64,000 nucleotides of DNA from Raillietiella orientalis (Eukaryota), in NCBI GenBank assembly GCA_036172245.1, contig JAYWIR010000011.1, positions 3,534,001 to 3,598,000 of the forward strand. Direction: 5' to 3'. Made by a program: the position numbers and the translations under genes. Shown here one piece after another: positions 63,119-64,000 of this stretch. Below the pieces are notes generated by a model. That model was not told the DNA's origin, did not search any database, and worked only from the letters and a program-made list of their open reading frames with translations. The first letter of the stretch is position 1. Every line of letters starts with the position of its first letter.

Positions 63119-63345
63119 GTGAAGCACAAAGAGTTCCTGGCCGCCCCTGAGAAATCGGCGCAGAGCTTGGCCACCTTTCTGTCAGAGATGACCATTTACT
63201 GCTGCCAGATCTTGCAAGGGTCGCTGGACATGAAATTCACTGCGCTGGTCGTCCTCTGCGAGATGATCGACATCTGCAAGTCTTCGAGCATCTGCCAGCT
63301 GCCCTGCCCGCAGACGTGCTGCAGCGAAGACGGAACGCACAAAAT
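63119..63345 (+). CDS. Internal coding exon (VKHKEFLAAPEKSAQSLATFLSEMTIYCCQILQGSLDMKFTALVVLCEMIDICK...DGTHK)
   Basis: Branch-point-like CTAAC near 63095 and acceptor tcattcAG. The phase 0 start matches the previous exon, and codons are strongly GC3-biased. Donor AT|GTACCG at 63346 opens a 64-nt intron ending tttccAG at 63409. Confidence 0.82.
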
Positions 63346-63409
63346 GTACCGCATCGGGGCACTCGGTAGCTGGGTGGATCGCGTACTCTCCCCTCGGGTG
63401 CGTTTCCAG

Positions 63410-63573
63410 GAAGAAAGAAAGCCTGTCCGGCTACATCCGAGCCAGCTTTGACATCAGGAGGAAAGGTGACCTGGAATACCTGAAGCACCTGTCTCAGAAC
63501 AGCGGCTTCCCTCTCGAAGTGATGGACATGCGCGAAAGAATAGCAACTGAAAGGTCCGAACGTACTTTCGCAG
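63410..63573 (+). CDS. Internal coding exon (KKESLSGYIRASFDIRRKGDLEYLKHLSQNSGFPLEVMDMRERIATERSE...)
   Basis: Acceptor gcgtttccAG. The phase 2 start matches the preceding exon and the frame is open and GC3-rich. The 3' end is ambiguous between two phase-1 donors (GT at 63562 or 63574). Confidence 0.65.
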
Positions 63574-63635
63574 GTTGAAAATTCAGTTTGGGTGGCTGAG
63601 CCAAACGTAAAGCGGATGTCGGATTTCTTTTGCAG

Positions 63636-63741
63636 GTGTCATCTGCAAGTACGGACCAGAGCTCATCGGCTGCCTGAGGGAAGTGCTGCCGCAGCAACCC
63701 GGACCTACGGGGAAAACGTGGTGGTGTCTTCCTTCCAGGCG
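63636..63741 (+). CDS. Internal coding exon (VICKYGPELIGCLREVLPQQPGPTGKTWWCLPSR); gene continues past window
   Basis: Acceptor gatttcttttgcAG and donor CG|GTATGG. The phase-1 frame has marked GC3 codon bias (GTC ATC TGC AAG TAC ... CTC ATC GGC TGC CTG). Confidence 0.65.
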
Positions 63742-64000
63742 GTATGGAAACCGGTGACAGGGTGATTCCTCGGAACGGGGGTCGCTGGCGCGAATGACCG
63801 AACGTAGGCGGCCGAGTCCAGCCGGAAAATCCGCCGTCCGGCCCGCGGCTCCAGGAGGCATTTCGAGAGGAATCCTTCGGGCGATTTCGCTTCCGTCTCC
63901 GAGAGCTGATCCCCGTGAGAGCTCCTTCGTCTCCATTGTGCGCACCAGAGAGGGGGGGGAGATGCGCGCGCGCGCTCTTGCGTCCATCCGCCCGTCCGGA

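Overview
This is eukaryotic genomic DNA, most likely from an invertebrate animal. The basis is spliceosomal GT-AG introns, no obvious CpG depletion, many A/T homopolymer runs and no operon-like ORFs. Almost all ORFs in the supplied track are spurious. The one convincing intact gene is a multi-exon, plus-strand ankyrin-repeat protein gene. Its phase-compatible exons are 40753-41854, 59782-59869, 61995-62167, 63119-63345, 63410-63573 and 63636-63741, with a candidate start exon at 22887-22915, and it continues beyond the window. The rest is a graveyard of repeats. There are five copies of a ~600-800 bp tRNA-headed SINE-like family with an internal variable minisatellite, and many highly decayed LINE (L1/Tx1-like, CR1/L2-like), Ty3/Gypsy, Penelope-like and DNA-transposon fragments. 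There is also an inverted pair of a ~270-bp repeat, a minisatellite and two hairpins. Several very decayed fragments resemble innate-immune domains (TIR, ankyrin, NACHT). All remnant calls come from motif recognition by eye and need HMM confirmation. I found no prokaryotic system, CRISPR array, or intact rRNA or tRNA gene, and I cannot claim a firmly supported novel system.
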